From positions 307,390 to 371,389 of the forward strand of contig CBDCEX010000017.1 of assembly GCA_965216025.1 (NCBI GenBank): a DNA stretch of 64,000 bases, read 5' to 3'. Position numbers and translations under genes: made by a program. Origin of the DNA: Dehalococcoidia bacterium (lineage in GTDB: Bacteria > Chloroflexota > Dehalococcoidia > Lucifugimonadales > UBA3495). Of this stretch, positions 49,150-58,377 are shown piece by piece. Numbering within the stretch: position 1 is the stretch's first letter; each line of letters begins with the position of its first letter. The notes under the pieces were generated by a model. The model was not told where the DNA came from, ran no database searches, and saw only the letters and a list, made by a program, of their open reading frames with translations.

Positions 49150-50553
49150 CTAGGCGAACTGGTACTCCCGGGAAGCGGCGACCAAGGCCAGCATAATGCC
49201 AATACGCCGTTCCGTGGCGGCGGCGTCCTCGGTTGTGTCCCACTTCAGGTCGCCATTCTCCTGGGCCTGGGTCAGCAGCTCCTGACGGGTAGATTGGTTG
49301 ACTTCCAATGGTCCGATCAAGTCCAGGCAGCCGTCCAAGAACTCCTCCGGAGAGAGGGTTCCTCGTGACCGCAGCTGATCCACCACCGATTTGATTCCCG
49401 GCAAACTGGTGTTGGAGAGGAATTTGGCGGCGAAGTTGACCCGCCGCACCAGGGCGCCGCCATCGATCCATTCTTCGCCGGTGTGCCAGCTTTCCACGCT
49501 GGGGGGATTAAGCAGCTCCTGTCCCTGGAAGGCGCACTCAGCGGCCACCTCCTGGTAGCCCTGCTGCGGGCCGGAAAGCCCCTGGGCCATCCGCACCGTG
49601 CCGACCACCAGCTCCGCCGGGCTCTTCACGCGGGAAAAGCGGGCATTCTTGAAGAATTCCGAGTTGAACAGCATCCGCAGCACGGCGGCTATGCTGTAGT
49701 TGGAGTCGCTGTAAGCCTGTTCCAGCAGTCTGATAGCCTCGGCATCGACCGGTGGCGTGATGTTCCAGCTGGGAACCTGGGGCTCATCCGCGACAAAAAA
49801 GTTGTACAGGTGGCGGCTGAGAAAGCGGGCGGTTGCCGGCTGCCGCACCAGGATATCCACGATGTCGCCGCCGTCGAAATTGCCGGTTTGCCCCAGGAAA
49901 GTCTTTTCGCCGGGGTCGTGGTCTTCCGGCTTGTATTCAAAATCCCAGTAGAAGCGGCCCAAGGGCAGCCGGGGGATTTTGGGTGCGATGGTCCAACCGG
50001 TAAAAGCACGAGATGCCTCTTTGATGTCATCCTCGGAGTAGTTGCCGACGCCCATGGAGAAAAGCTCCAATAGCTCCCGGCCCCAATTCTCGTTTATGGC
50101 GCCTTTGTGGTTGCCGTTGTTATCCAGCCAGTAGATCATGGCCGGATTCTTGGCCAGCTCCAGCAAGAAGTTGGGAAAGGTTCCCAGGGCGTGCCGGCGG
50201 AACATGGCGATCTGCGCGGTCAGCTCGGGAGGATTGTCGATTTTGGAGTTGCCGGTGGCGAAGAGTTGATGCCAAAAGAGCACCATTTTCTCTTCCAGGG
50301 GACGGCGGGTGTTGATCATCCGGTACATCCACTGGGCCTGCGCCTGAACCGGCGCCATGCCTCCCTCATAGTTGGGGAAGTACCGGAAAAGCAGATCGTC
50401 ATCCACCGGTTCCTGGCTTTCCGGGTTCAGCAACTCTTCCACAGTCGCTTCGTAGCCCTTGGCGACTCGCTCCTCCAGCTCGGCGCGGGTAGCTCCAAAC
50501 CCGGCCCGCCGCAACAGGTGGGCCATCAAGGCTATTTCCTCTCGATTTGACAT
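49150..50553 (-). CDS. DUF1800 domain protein
   Basis: MAHLLRRAGFGATRAELEE...LFWHQLFATG...MIYWLDN. Forms the usual DUF1800-DUF1501 gene pair. Confidence 0.8.
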   Translation of the reverse strand: MSNREEIALMAHLLRRAGFGATRAELEERVAKGYEATVEELLNPESQEPVDDDLLFRYFPNYEGGMAPVQAQAQWMYRMINTRRPLEEKMVLFWHQLFATGNSKIDNPPELTAQIAMFRRHALGTFPNFLLELAKNPAMIYWLDNNGNHKGAINENWGRELLELFSMGVGNYSEDDIKEASRAFTGWTIAPKIPRLPLGRFYWDFEYKPEDHDPGEKTFLGQTGNFDGGDIVDILVRQPATARFLSRHLYNFFVADEPQVPSWNITPPVDAEAIRLLEQAYSDSNYSIAAVLRMLFNSEFFKNARFSRVKSPAELVVGTVRMAQGLSGPQQGYQEVAAECAFQGQELLNPPSVESWHTGEEWIDGGALVRRVNFAAKFLSNTSLPGIKSVVDQLRSRGTLSPEEFLDGCLDLIGPLEVNQSTRQELLTQAQENGDLKWDTTEDAAATERRIGIMLALVAASREYQFA

Positions 50554-50763
50554 CGACTCCGCTCCTTATCAACCGGGGAAATTGTCCGGGGCAATTAACC
50601 GGGGAATCAAGGGTTAGCTCCGGGGCAGGACCATATTGTATATCGAAATTCCCTTGGAGAAAAGGGTTTTGAGCCACTTTACATAACTTTAACCAGCCTG
50701 ACTATTGCAGCTTGGAAAGGTGGGAGAGCCGCCCGATTCTGCATATCGAGATTTCGGGTCCAC

Positions 50764-51582
50764 TCAAAGGCCAATGAACTGCCGCGCGTTCTCACCTAAA
50801 ATCCCTTCCTTGGCGCTGTCGGGCAGGGCCAAACTCTGGATGTACTCGGCCTCCGAGCTCTGGCTGCAGAGCGGAAAGTCGGTACCGAAGCAAACTTTGT
50901 GGGCACCGTGCTTGTTGATGATGCTGGTCAGCGTCTGGGGCGTCAGCTCCCGCAATGATGGGGGCCAGGTGGTGTCGATCAGTATGTTCTCTCTTCCGAT
51001 CAGCTCCCGTTCCGCTTCATCCAGCATGTAGAACCCACCCAGATGCAACGCTATGACCCGAAGTTTGGGAAACTGCCGGACCACGTTCATGAGCCGCTCC
51101 GGAGCGGCGAAAACCGGCAGGTGTTCTGACTGATGTCCCGACTGATGGCCTTGGGGCAACCGCCCGCAGTGGATTTCGAGCACCATGCTTTCGCCCATTT
51201 CCTCGTAAATGGGGAACATCTGGGGGTCGTCAGGATAGAACCCGTTGATCATGGGATGCAGCTTGATTCCCTTGATACCGCTCTCCCGCAACCGGGCGAC
51301 CTCAGCCCCTTTGTCCTCCAGGTCAGGATGCATCGCGCCGAAGGGCACCAGCTGATCGTCCTGGATACTGATGAGCCAGTCGTTGGCCCGGCGTACCTGG
51401 TCGGCGCGTTCCACTACGCCGAGAACGATGGATTTGTCCACCCCGGAACCGGCCATGTGGGCCTTGATACCGGCAACGGTATTGGGGGCGATGGCCTCCA
51501 TCCCCAAGGTTCGGGTCATGGACTCCGCGGTCGCTGCAGCGATGCGGTCGGGCCAGATATGGGTGTGGACGTCGACTTTCAA
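50764..51582 (-). CDS. amidohydrolase-2 (TIM-barrel metal-dependent hydrolase/decarboxylase) family protein
   Basis: MKVDVHTHIWPD...GIKLHP...LEIHCG...FGTDFP. 272 aa. Confidence 0.8.
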   Translation of the reverse strand: MKVDVHTHIWPDRIAAATAESMTRTLGMEAIAPNTVAGIKAHMAGSGVDKSIVLGVVERADQVRRANDWLISIQDDQLVPFGAMHPDLEDKGAEVARLRESGIKGIKLHPMINGFYPDDPQMFPIYEEMGESMVLEIHCGRLPQGHQSGHQSEHLPVFAAPERLMNVVRQFPKLRVIALHLGGFYMLDEAERELIGRENILIDTTWPPSLRELTPQTLTSIINKHGAHKVCFGTDFPLCSQSSEAEYIQSLALPDSAKEGILGENARQFIGL

Positions 51583-51992
51583 TGAAGCACCTCAGCACGG
51601 AATTACTGATCCCTGATGGTATTTTCCCAAAGGGTGGCACCTCCGACCGGGTTCAGATCTTGATTCAAGGCTAATCAGAACAGCCCCGTGTGCTGGTGTA
51701 GGTACTGCCCTGATATTACATCCCTTTCAAAGGATTTTCCATTGCAGGCCTGGGGAAGGCCCGGCCTCCCGTTATTTAGTCGTCGGCCGGCTCGCCGACG
51801 CTCGGTCCCGGCAGATAATAGGTTTTATATAATTATTCTGGGGTTGGTGCGTGTTGCGCTGCAGGGTTCCCGGCGGTAAACTGGCGGTACTTGGCTGGGT
51901 CAACTAAGGCTTGGAAGGCAATTTTTGAACCACGAGCAAGTTTCTAGGGACAGAATAAATGAGGCCAGCTTGGCGCTCGGCAGGAGGTTGAA

Positions 51993-53045
51993 ATGGCGGA
52001 AATACTAGGCTTGGGCATGACCCACTCCCCTTCTTTAATCCGACCGGACGAGGATGGAGAATCTTCCCTGAAGCGGACCCTGCGGGAAAACGATAAAGTT
52101 CCCCCGGAAATGAAAATCCCGACCAATTGGCCGGAACTGATGCGCATTGAGTACGGGGAGGACGAGGGCCTGGCCTCTTCCAAGCGCCTGCGGGATAGAA
52201 TGGTCAAGGGATTTCGCAAGCTGCGGGAGGAGTTGGACGCCTTTAACCCGGACTTCGTTGTGGTTTGGGGCGACGACCAATACGAGAACTTCAAGGAGGA
52301 TATCATTCCTCCCTTCTGCGTGCTGGCGTACGACGAGTACGAGTGTCAGCCCTTCGCCAACAAGGATGGCAGTACTCGCCGCAACGTTTGGAATGAGCCG
52401 GCCGAGCAGACCTTCCGATATCCGGGAAACACAGCCGCCGCCCGAGCATTGGTCACCGGCCTGATCGACCAGGGGATAGACATGTCCTACGCCTACAAGC
52501 CGCTGCACCAGCCCGGCCTGGGTCATGCCATCCTCAACACCCTGCTCTACCTGGACTACGATAGGAACAACGAGTTCAAATATCCGGTGGTGCCGATGCT
52601 GGTCAACTGCTATGGCAGCAAGGTTATTCAGAATCGGGGCGGCTCCAAAGAGTATGAGAAGGAGTCTGACCCGCCCGGTCCGTCTCCCAAACGTTGCATG
52701 GAGGTGGGCGCGGCCACGGCCAAGGTTCTGAAAGACAGCCCCTGGCGCGTTGCCCTGATCGCCTCCTCCAGTTGGTCTCACGCCTTTCTGACTCCGAAGA
52801 ACCACTGGCTGTATCCGGACATAGAGTCGGATCGCGCCAGGTTTGAGGAGTTGAAGGTTGGGAATTATAGTGCTTGGAGCAAGATTTCCACGCCGCAAAT
52901 AGAGGACGCCGGCCAGCAGGAGATGCTGAACTGGATGTGCTTGGCGGGGGCTATGTCAGAGCTGGGGCGAAAGCCGGAGATAGTGGATTACTACGAAACC
53001 TACATCTTCAACTCCACCAAGTGCCTGGCGGTATTCCCGTCGTAA
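51993..53045 (+). CDS. class III extradiol dioxygenase (LigB-superfamily)-like protein
   Basis: ILGLGMTHSPSL...FNPDFVVVWGDDQYENF...CVLAYDEY...ASSSWSHAF resembles LigB-type subunit B proteins. Assignment is by motif only. Confidence 0.6.
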   Translation: MAEILGLGMTHSPSLIRPDEDGESSLKRTLRENDKVPPEMKIPTNWPELMRIEYGEDEGLASSKRLRDRMVKGFRKLREELDAFNPDFVVVWGDDQYENFKEDIIPPFCVLAYDEYECQPFANKDGSTRRNVWNEPAEQTFRYPGNTAAARALVTGLIDQGIDMSYAYKPLHQPGLGHAILNTLLYLDYDRNNEFKYPVVPMLVNCYGSKVIQNRGGSKEYEKESDPPGPSPKRCMEVGAATAKVLKDSPWRVALIASSSWSHAFLTPKNHWLYPDIESDRARFEELKVGNYSAWSKISTPQIEDAGQQEMLNWMCLAGAMSELGRKPEIVDYYETYIFNSTKCLAVFPS

Positions 53046-53079
53046 GGGCAACCCCAGGGCAAACCATTTCTATATAAAA

Positions 53080-53103
53080 AGGGGCGCACGGCCGTGCGCC
53101 CCT
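53080..53103. repeat. perfect 24-bp palindrome AGGGGCGCACGGCCGTGCGCCCCT between convergent genes
   Basis: Identical to 17595-17618. Lies between the stop at 53045 (+) and the stop at 53133 (-). Confidence 0.7.
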
Positions 53104-53132
53104 AACTTGATTACCCAGGAATCATACCCGGC

Positions 53133-55442
53133 TTACCCCTCGTCCTTCTCCTCAGCCAGGGCCGCCAAGATGGCGGTTGGGGACATGGGCAGCTTGCGCA
53201 TTCGGATCCCGGTGGCCTGGTAGATGGCATTGGAAAGGGCGGCCAGAGGCGGAATTATCGGCGCTTCCCCCACGCCCCGCAGCCCGTAGGGATGGCGGGG
53301 ATTGGGCACTTCGATAACCACGCAATCGATCATCGGAACGTCCAGGGTAATGGGCATGCGATAATCCAAGAAGCTGGAGTTGGCCATGGCGCCGTCTTGG
53401 GTGTAGAAATACTCTTCGTTTAGCGCCCAGCCAATTCCCTGCACCGTCCCGCCTTGCATCTGCCCCTCAACGAAGCTGGGATGCACCGAGCGACCGGAGT
53501 CCAGGAAGGCGGTGGCGCGCAAAATTTCCACCTTGCCGGTGTCCGGGTCCACCTCCACGTCGAAGATATTCCCGGCGAAAATGGGGCCGACCCCGGTGCT
53601 GTTAGCCGAGGCGGAACAGGTGATGGGACCGCCGGTGCGCATCTGCCTTCCGGCCAGCTCCTTGAAGGTCAGCCGGTCGGAAGGGTTTTTGGTGCAGATG
53701 AAGGTGCCATCCTCGAATATTACATCTTCGTCCTGGACCTCCCAGATCAGCGCGGCGCGACTCGCCATCACCTTCTTCACCTCTTCGGCCGCGGCAATGG
53801 CCGCCAAGCCGGTGTCGAAGGCGGTGCGACTCCCTCCGGTGTTGGCGGTGAAACCAACGGCATCGGTGTCGCCCACGGTGGGGAAAACGTCCTCGGAAGT
53901 CAGGCCCAGCGTCTCCGCCGCCTGCATTGCCACGGCGGTGCGGGTGCCGCCAATGTCCACCGATCCGGTAATGAGGTTGATGGTTCCGCTATTGTTGACA
54001 TTGATGGTCGCCGAGGAAGTTTGCCCTCCCTGCCAGCGAAATCCCACGGCGATGCCCCGGCCTCGATTGGGTCCGCCCAAGGGAGCGCTGAAATGGGGAT
54101 GAGCCATCATGGCTTCCTCCACCTCTTTGCAACCGAAGACGGCGTGGGGAACACCGGTAGCCATCCGGTCCCCTTCTTGCACCGCGTTCTTCAAGCGGAA
54201 AGCCATCGGCTCCATACCCAGCTTCTCGGCCAGCTCGTCGATGACGCATTCCACCGCAAAAGCGGCCTGGGGTTGGCCCGGAGCCCGATAGGCTTGAACC
54301 TTCTGCTTGTTGACGACCACGTCATAGCCGTCGACCAGCACGTGCTCGATGTTATAGGGACCCAGGCCGGTCAAAGCGCCGCCGCCCACCGGGGAACCGG
54401 GAAAGGCGCCGGCCTCATAGGCCAGGTATAGCTGTCCGGCGGTGATCTTTCCGTCTTTGGTGGCCCCAATTTTGGCCCGCATCTTGGTGGCCGAAGTGGG
54501 GCCCGAGCCTTCGAAAACCTCTTTGCGGTCCATGACTATCTTCACCGGCCGGCCGCTCTTTTGGGAAAGAATGGCGGCCACCGCGTCCAGGTAGGTCACC
54601 GACTTGGCGCCGAAGCCTCCGCCGATCTCCATGGGAATGACCTTGACCGTTCCTTCGGGGAGGCCAAGGATGGCGGCGGTCTGATTCCTGATCTGGAAGG
54701 CGCCCTGGGTGGCGGTCCAGACCGTGACCCGGCCGTCCGCCGACCAATAGGCGGTTGAAACGTGGGGCTCGATGTATCCCTGGTGAACCGTCTGGGTCTC
54801 GAACTCCCGATCCACGATTACGTCGGCCTGTTGGAAACCAATTTCCACGTCGCCCAGCTTGTGCTGGATATGTCCGGCCACATTGCTCTTCTCTCCCGTG
54901 TCCTCTCCGCGAGCGCCCCGCTCCAACCGGAACCAGGTGGTCATCTCCTCATGGAGCAAGGTGGCGTCGGGCTTGAGGGCATCATCTATGGAGAGCACGG
55001 GGGTAAGCATTTCATAATCGACTTCGATCAGCTCCAAGGCTTGCTGAGCCAAGCTGGCGCTGGTGGCCGCCACGGCGGCGATGGCGTGCCCCTTGTACAG
55101 GGCCTTTTCGCAGGCTAGCACGTTCCTGGCGATCATGCGGATGTTCCCCGAAGCGTTGCCGTAGTCGATGGGCCCCTGCTGTATCACCGGCAGGTCTTGG
55201 GAGGTGGCCACCGCCATCACGCCATCCATAGCCTCGGCCTTGCTGGTGTCGATAGACCGGATGCGAGCGTGAGCGTGGGGGCTGCGTAGAATCTTACCGT
55301 GGATCATGCCCGGCATGGATATGTCGGAGCCGTATTTGGCGGCGCCGGTCACCTTGTCCAGGGCATCATGCCGCAGGGGGCGGGTGCCGATTACTCGGTA
55401 TTCGGGAGAGGCGGATTCTTGGGAGCGGGTCGTGGTGGTCAT
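53133..55442 (-). CDS. xanthine dehydrogenase/aldehyde oxidase-family molybdopterin-binding subunit (paralogue of 32110-34377)
   Basis: ALDKVTGAAKYGSD...LRSPHAHARIRSID...GGGFGAK...AYRAPGQP...GSVDIGGTRTA...EAPIIPPLAALSNAIYQATG. AAGGAG precedes the ATG. No adjacent Fe-S/FAD subunit genes. Confidence 0.9.
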   Translation of the reverse strand: MTTTTRSQESASPEYRVIGTRPLRHDALDKVTGAAKYGSDISMPGMIHGKILRSPHAHARIRSIDTSKAEAMDGVMAVATSQDLPVIQQGPIDYGNASGNIRMIARNVLACEKALYKGHAIAAVAATSASLAQQALELIEVDYEMLTPVLSIDDALKPDATLLHEEMTTWFRLERGARGEDTGEKSNVAGHIQHKLGDVEIGFQQADVIVDREFETQTVHQGYIEPHVSTAYWSADGRVTVWTATQGAFQIRNQTAAILGLPEGTVKVIPMEIGGGFGAKSVTYLDAVAAILSQKSGRPVKIVMDRKEVFEGSGPTSATKMRAKIGATKDGKITAGQLYLAYEAGAFPGSPVGGGALTGLGPYNIEHVLVDGYDVVVNKQKVQAYRAPGQPQAAFAVECVIDELAEKLGMEPMAFRLKNAVQEGDRMATGVPHAVFGCKEVEEAMMAHPHFSAPLGGPNRGRGIAVGFRWQGGQTSSATINVNNSGTINLITGSVDIGGTRTAVAMQAAETLGLTSEDVFPTVGDTDAVGFTANTGGSRTAFDTGLAAIAAAEEVKKVMASRAALIWEVQDEDVIFEDGTFICTKNPSDRLTFKELAGRQMRTGGPITCSASANSTGVGPIFAGNIFDVEVDPDTGKVEILRATAFLDSGRSVHPSFVEGQMQGGTVQGIGWALNEEYFYTQDGAMANSSFLDYRMPITLDVPMIDCVVIEVPNPRHPYGLRGVGEAPIIPPLAALSNAIYQATGIRMRKLPMSPTAILAALAEEKDEG

Positions 55443-55695
55443 CAGCTTATCTCCTTATGTCTGGGAAGACCGGGTGTTTGGGAAGGCTGTATGCTGAGAA
55501 GTCGATGAGAGCCAAAGGGGTTTCGGCCCTCGTAAGCTATACCGATACCGCCCCGGCGTCAATAGTGTATGACTGCGACTGCTAACTAATGGCTATGAGC
55601 CAATCAATTGACCAGGGAGGCAGCATGCATAGGGGATGCCGGAGCAATATCTGGGCGGCCGCCCAATTTCGGCTTTTGGCGAGAACCATTGGGAT

Positions 55696-56000
55696 TCAGA
55701 GAGCTTCGGCCCATTCGTCAACCAGCCAAGTGCTTCTCCAATATTGTTCCTTGGTGGTGTCAACCAGCCATATCTCGAGTTCTGGGAACGTGTCCGCGAT
55801 TCGTAGCCAAGCTACGCGATGTTGCTTTGCGCGGGCAGGCAACCCTACTTCAGCAGGCTTAGCTAAAGCGATTACACAGTGAACGCCACCCTGATTAAGA
55901 CGGGAAATGGCCCTGAAAAATGACTCGTAAAAATCCTTCGCCCGAGCCGGTGGCGATTTCTTATATCCAATGACCTCTATGTGGTACTGTTCGTCATGCC
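55696..56000 (-). pseudogene. 3' part of a small gene split by the IS630-family element
   Basis: Continues the frame of 57249-57379 across one TA: ...GVDILAT|RHDEQYHIEVIGYKKSPPARAKDFYESFFRAISRLNQGGVHCVIALAKP...WLVDEWAEAL*. May be a PD-(D/E)xK-like fold, at low confidence. Confidence 0.5.
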
Positions 56001-57248
56001 TAAACCAAAGCTAAGGTGAAACCTACATAAAGCGAACCCGAAGAGGAGTAGAGTGACGAGCCCTTGCGATATTCTGTAAAAGAAGTCGAGTGGCGGTGGT
56101 GGAAGGGATGAAGGAAATAGTGCAACTCATGGAAGAGTGGCAACTCAATGTAGGTGACTTACGGGAAAGGATGTATCGAGCGCCAACACCTCGAGAGCGA
56201 GAGCGATGGCACGGGCTATGGTTGTTGGGCCAAGGGTGGTCGGCTATCCAGGTGGCTGAGGCTTTGGACAGAGAGCCTCATACCATTGGAAACTGGCTGG
56301 CCAACTTTCGCCGAGGCGGGGCCCAGGGTATGGTCTTTGAACACACTGGAGGTTCCCCCCCGCCCTGAACGCCGGGCAACAAGACCAACTGAAGTCCGCG
56401 GTGCTAAATCCGCCTGGAGAGGCGGGAGTTGAATTGTCCAACTGGAACTGGAAAGTAGTGAGGCAATTCCTCAAGCAGAGCTTTGATCTGGGGCTCAGTC
56501 GGAGCAGCTGCTTGAACTACCTACACCGGCTGGGCTTTGTGCTGAAGCGGCCCAAGAAACGCCTCTTGAAAGCTAAGGATGAAGAGCGGAAAGCCTTTAT
56601 TATCCAGTACAGCCAAATCCGAGAGGAGGCCCAAGAGAGTGGGGCCAAGATCTTCTTCGTGGACGAAGCCCACTTTCGGGCCGATGCTGACCTGAGGGGG
56701 AAATGGGTGCTCAAGGGAGAGCCAGCGCTGGTGGACTCCACCAGTCCACGGTGGGGAGAGAAGGCCTGCTACTACTCGGGAGTTTGTCTGGAGAGTGGGG
56801 AGGTGGAAGCCATGGAAATAGCTGGAAACAGCAATGCCGAGACCTCCACCGCCTTTTTACAGCAGCTACGAGAAAAACATCCTGGACCTCTGGTAGTGAT
56901 TTGGGACAATGGTCCAGCCCACCGAGATGAAGCGATTCGCAGCTATCTGGCCACTCCTGACTTGCATCTGAGGTTGGTAGCCTTACCGGCTTACAGCCCA
57001 GACTTCAATGCCGACGAAGCCGTCTGGGACTGGGCCAGGGAAGAGGTCACGGCCAACGAATGCCTGGGAACAAAAGCCCAAGTCCAAGAGAAGATGAACG
57101 CATTCTTCGACGGGCTAACACACCGTAACGATGAAGTGAGACATCGCTGCCGAACCCTGTTACAAGCCAGAGCCGACGCATTGATGTTTACACCTGCCGT
57201 GCCTTTGCCATCGTTGCAAAATGTAGTTCCCACCTTGGCTTTGGTTTA
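56001..57248 (+). mobile_element. IS630-family insertion sequence, full length (1248 bp)
   Basis: Imperfect TIRs TAAACCAAAGCTAAGGTGAAACCTACAT (56001-) and ATGTAGTTCCCACCTTGGCTTTGGTTTA (-57248), about 24/28 matches. TA at both ends. Interrupts a reconstructable ORF. Confidence 0.85.
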
Positions 57249-57249
57249 G
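56090..57249 (+). CDS. IS630-family transposase; two frames joined by a -1 shift at a C7 run
   Basis: orfA 56090-56368 (HTH: ERERWHGLWLLGQGWSAIQVAEAL) ends in GGTTCCCCCCCGCCCTGA. The -1 frame continues ALNAGQQDQLKSAV... into orfB 56401-57249 (DDE: FVDEAHF...VIWDNGPAHR...YSPDFNADE). Confidence 0.8.
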
Positions 57250-57379
57250 TCGCGAGGATGTCAACCCCGGTTTCGCCATGACCGAGTTTGGTATTCTTGG
57301 TATTCATGGTAAAGCCCTCTGCTGCAAGGGCGCCTCTCAATGACTGTTCCACGTCCTCGTTCTTTACGGGTGTAGGCAT
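57249..57379 (-). pseudogene. 5' part of the small gene split by the IS630-family element
   Basis: MPTPVKNEDVEQSLRGALAAEGFTMNTKNTKLGHGETGVDILAT, then the IS terminus. Confidence 0.5.
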
Positions 57380-57512
57380 CCAACGTGTCCTTTCGACCAG
57401 AATTGGTGATTTGCTTTGGGCGGTTGATTTGTAAGGCCATGCCGCCCACCATCGTCCAAGAATTGGGGTTCAGCGGTCCCCCGCCGGCAACACTCCCGGG
57501 GTATCGGCGGGG

Positions 57513-58352
57513 TTACTGCAAGACCGTCAACTCCCGCAGAGTCTCAGGGTCCATGCTGAAGCTCTCCTTCGAGGTTGGAAAATCGCCCTGGCGTACCTCC
57601 TCGGCGTATTGGCAGAAGGCTTCCTGGATAATCTGGCCCAAACTCGCGTATTGCTTGGCATGCTTGGGAACGAAGTCGGTGAACAGGCCCAGCATATCGT
57701 GGAGCACCTGCACCTGCCCATCGCAGCCGGGTCCCGCGCCGATGCCGATGGTCGGGATGGTCAGCCGCCTGGAGATAAGCTCGGCCAGGGGCGCCGGCAC
57801 CAACTCCAAAACCAGCGCGTAGGCGCCCGCTTCCTGCAAAGCTTCGGCATCCAATATCAGGCCTTCCGCTTCTTTAATCTCTCGACCCTGGACTCGGTAG
57901 CCGCCAAAAGCGTGCACCGATTGGGGTGTCAGCCCAATGTGTCCCATCACCGGGATACCGCAGTCCACGATGCGCCGGATGGTTCCAGCCATCTGGCGGC
58001 CACCTTCCAGCTTGACGCTCTGGGCTCCCCCTTCCTGCAGCAGCCGGCCGGCATTGGCCATGGCCTGGGCCGGGTCTATCTGGTAGGACATGAAGGGCAT
58101 GTCGGCCACCAGCAGCGCTTCCTTCGTCCCCCGGGCCACCGCTTTGGTGTGGTGGATCATATCCTCCATGGTGACCGGCAGGGTGGAGTCATGGCCCAGA
58201 ACCACCATGCCCAGGCTGTCGCCGACCAGCACCACGGGTATCTTCGCGGCATCGGCGAGACGCGCGGAGGTGTAGTCGTAAGCGGTAATCATGGGAATCT
58301 TCTCGCCCTGAGCCTTCATGCGAGCCAGGTCCCTCACGGTCGTTCTTGGCAT
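57513..58352 (-). CDS. panB: 3-methyl-2-oxobutanoate hydroxymethyltransferase
   Basis: KIPMITAYDYTSARLADAAKIPVVLVGDSLGMVVLGHDSTLPVTMEDMIHHTKAV...VKLEGG...GHIGLTPQS. 279 aa. Confidence 0.95.
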   Translation of the reverse strand: MPRTTVRDLARMKAQGEKIPMITAYDYTSARLADAAKIPVVLVGDSLGMVVLGHDSTLPVTMEDMIHHTKAVARGTKEALLVADMPFMSYQIDPAQAMANAGRLLQEGGAQSVKLEGGRQMAGTIRRIVDCGIPVMGHIGLTPQSVHAFGGYRVQGREIKEAEGLILDAEALQEAGAYALVLELVPAPLAELISRRLTIPTIGIGAGPGCDGQVQVLHDMLGLFTDFVPKHAKQYASLGQIIQEAFCQYAEEVRQGDFPTSKESFSMDPETLRELTVLQ

Positions 58353-58377
58353 TATTCCGACCTCCCCCTGGAAATGT

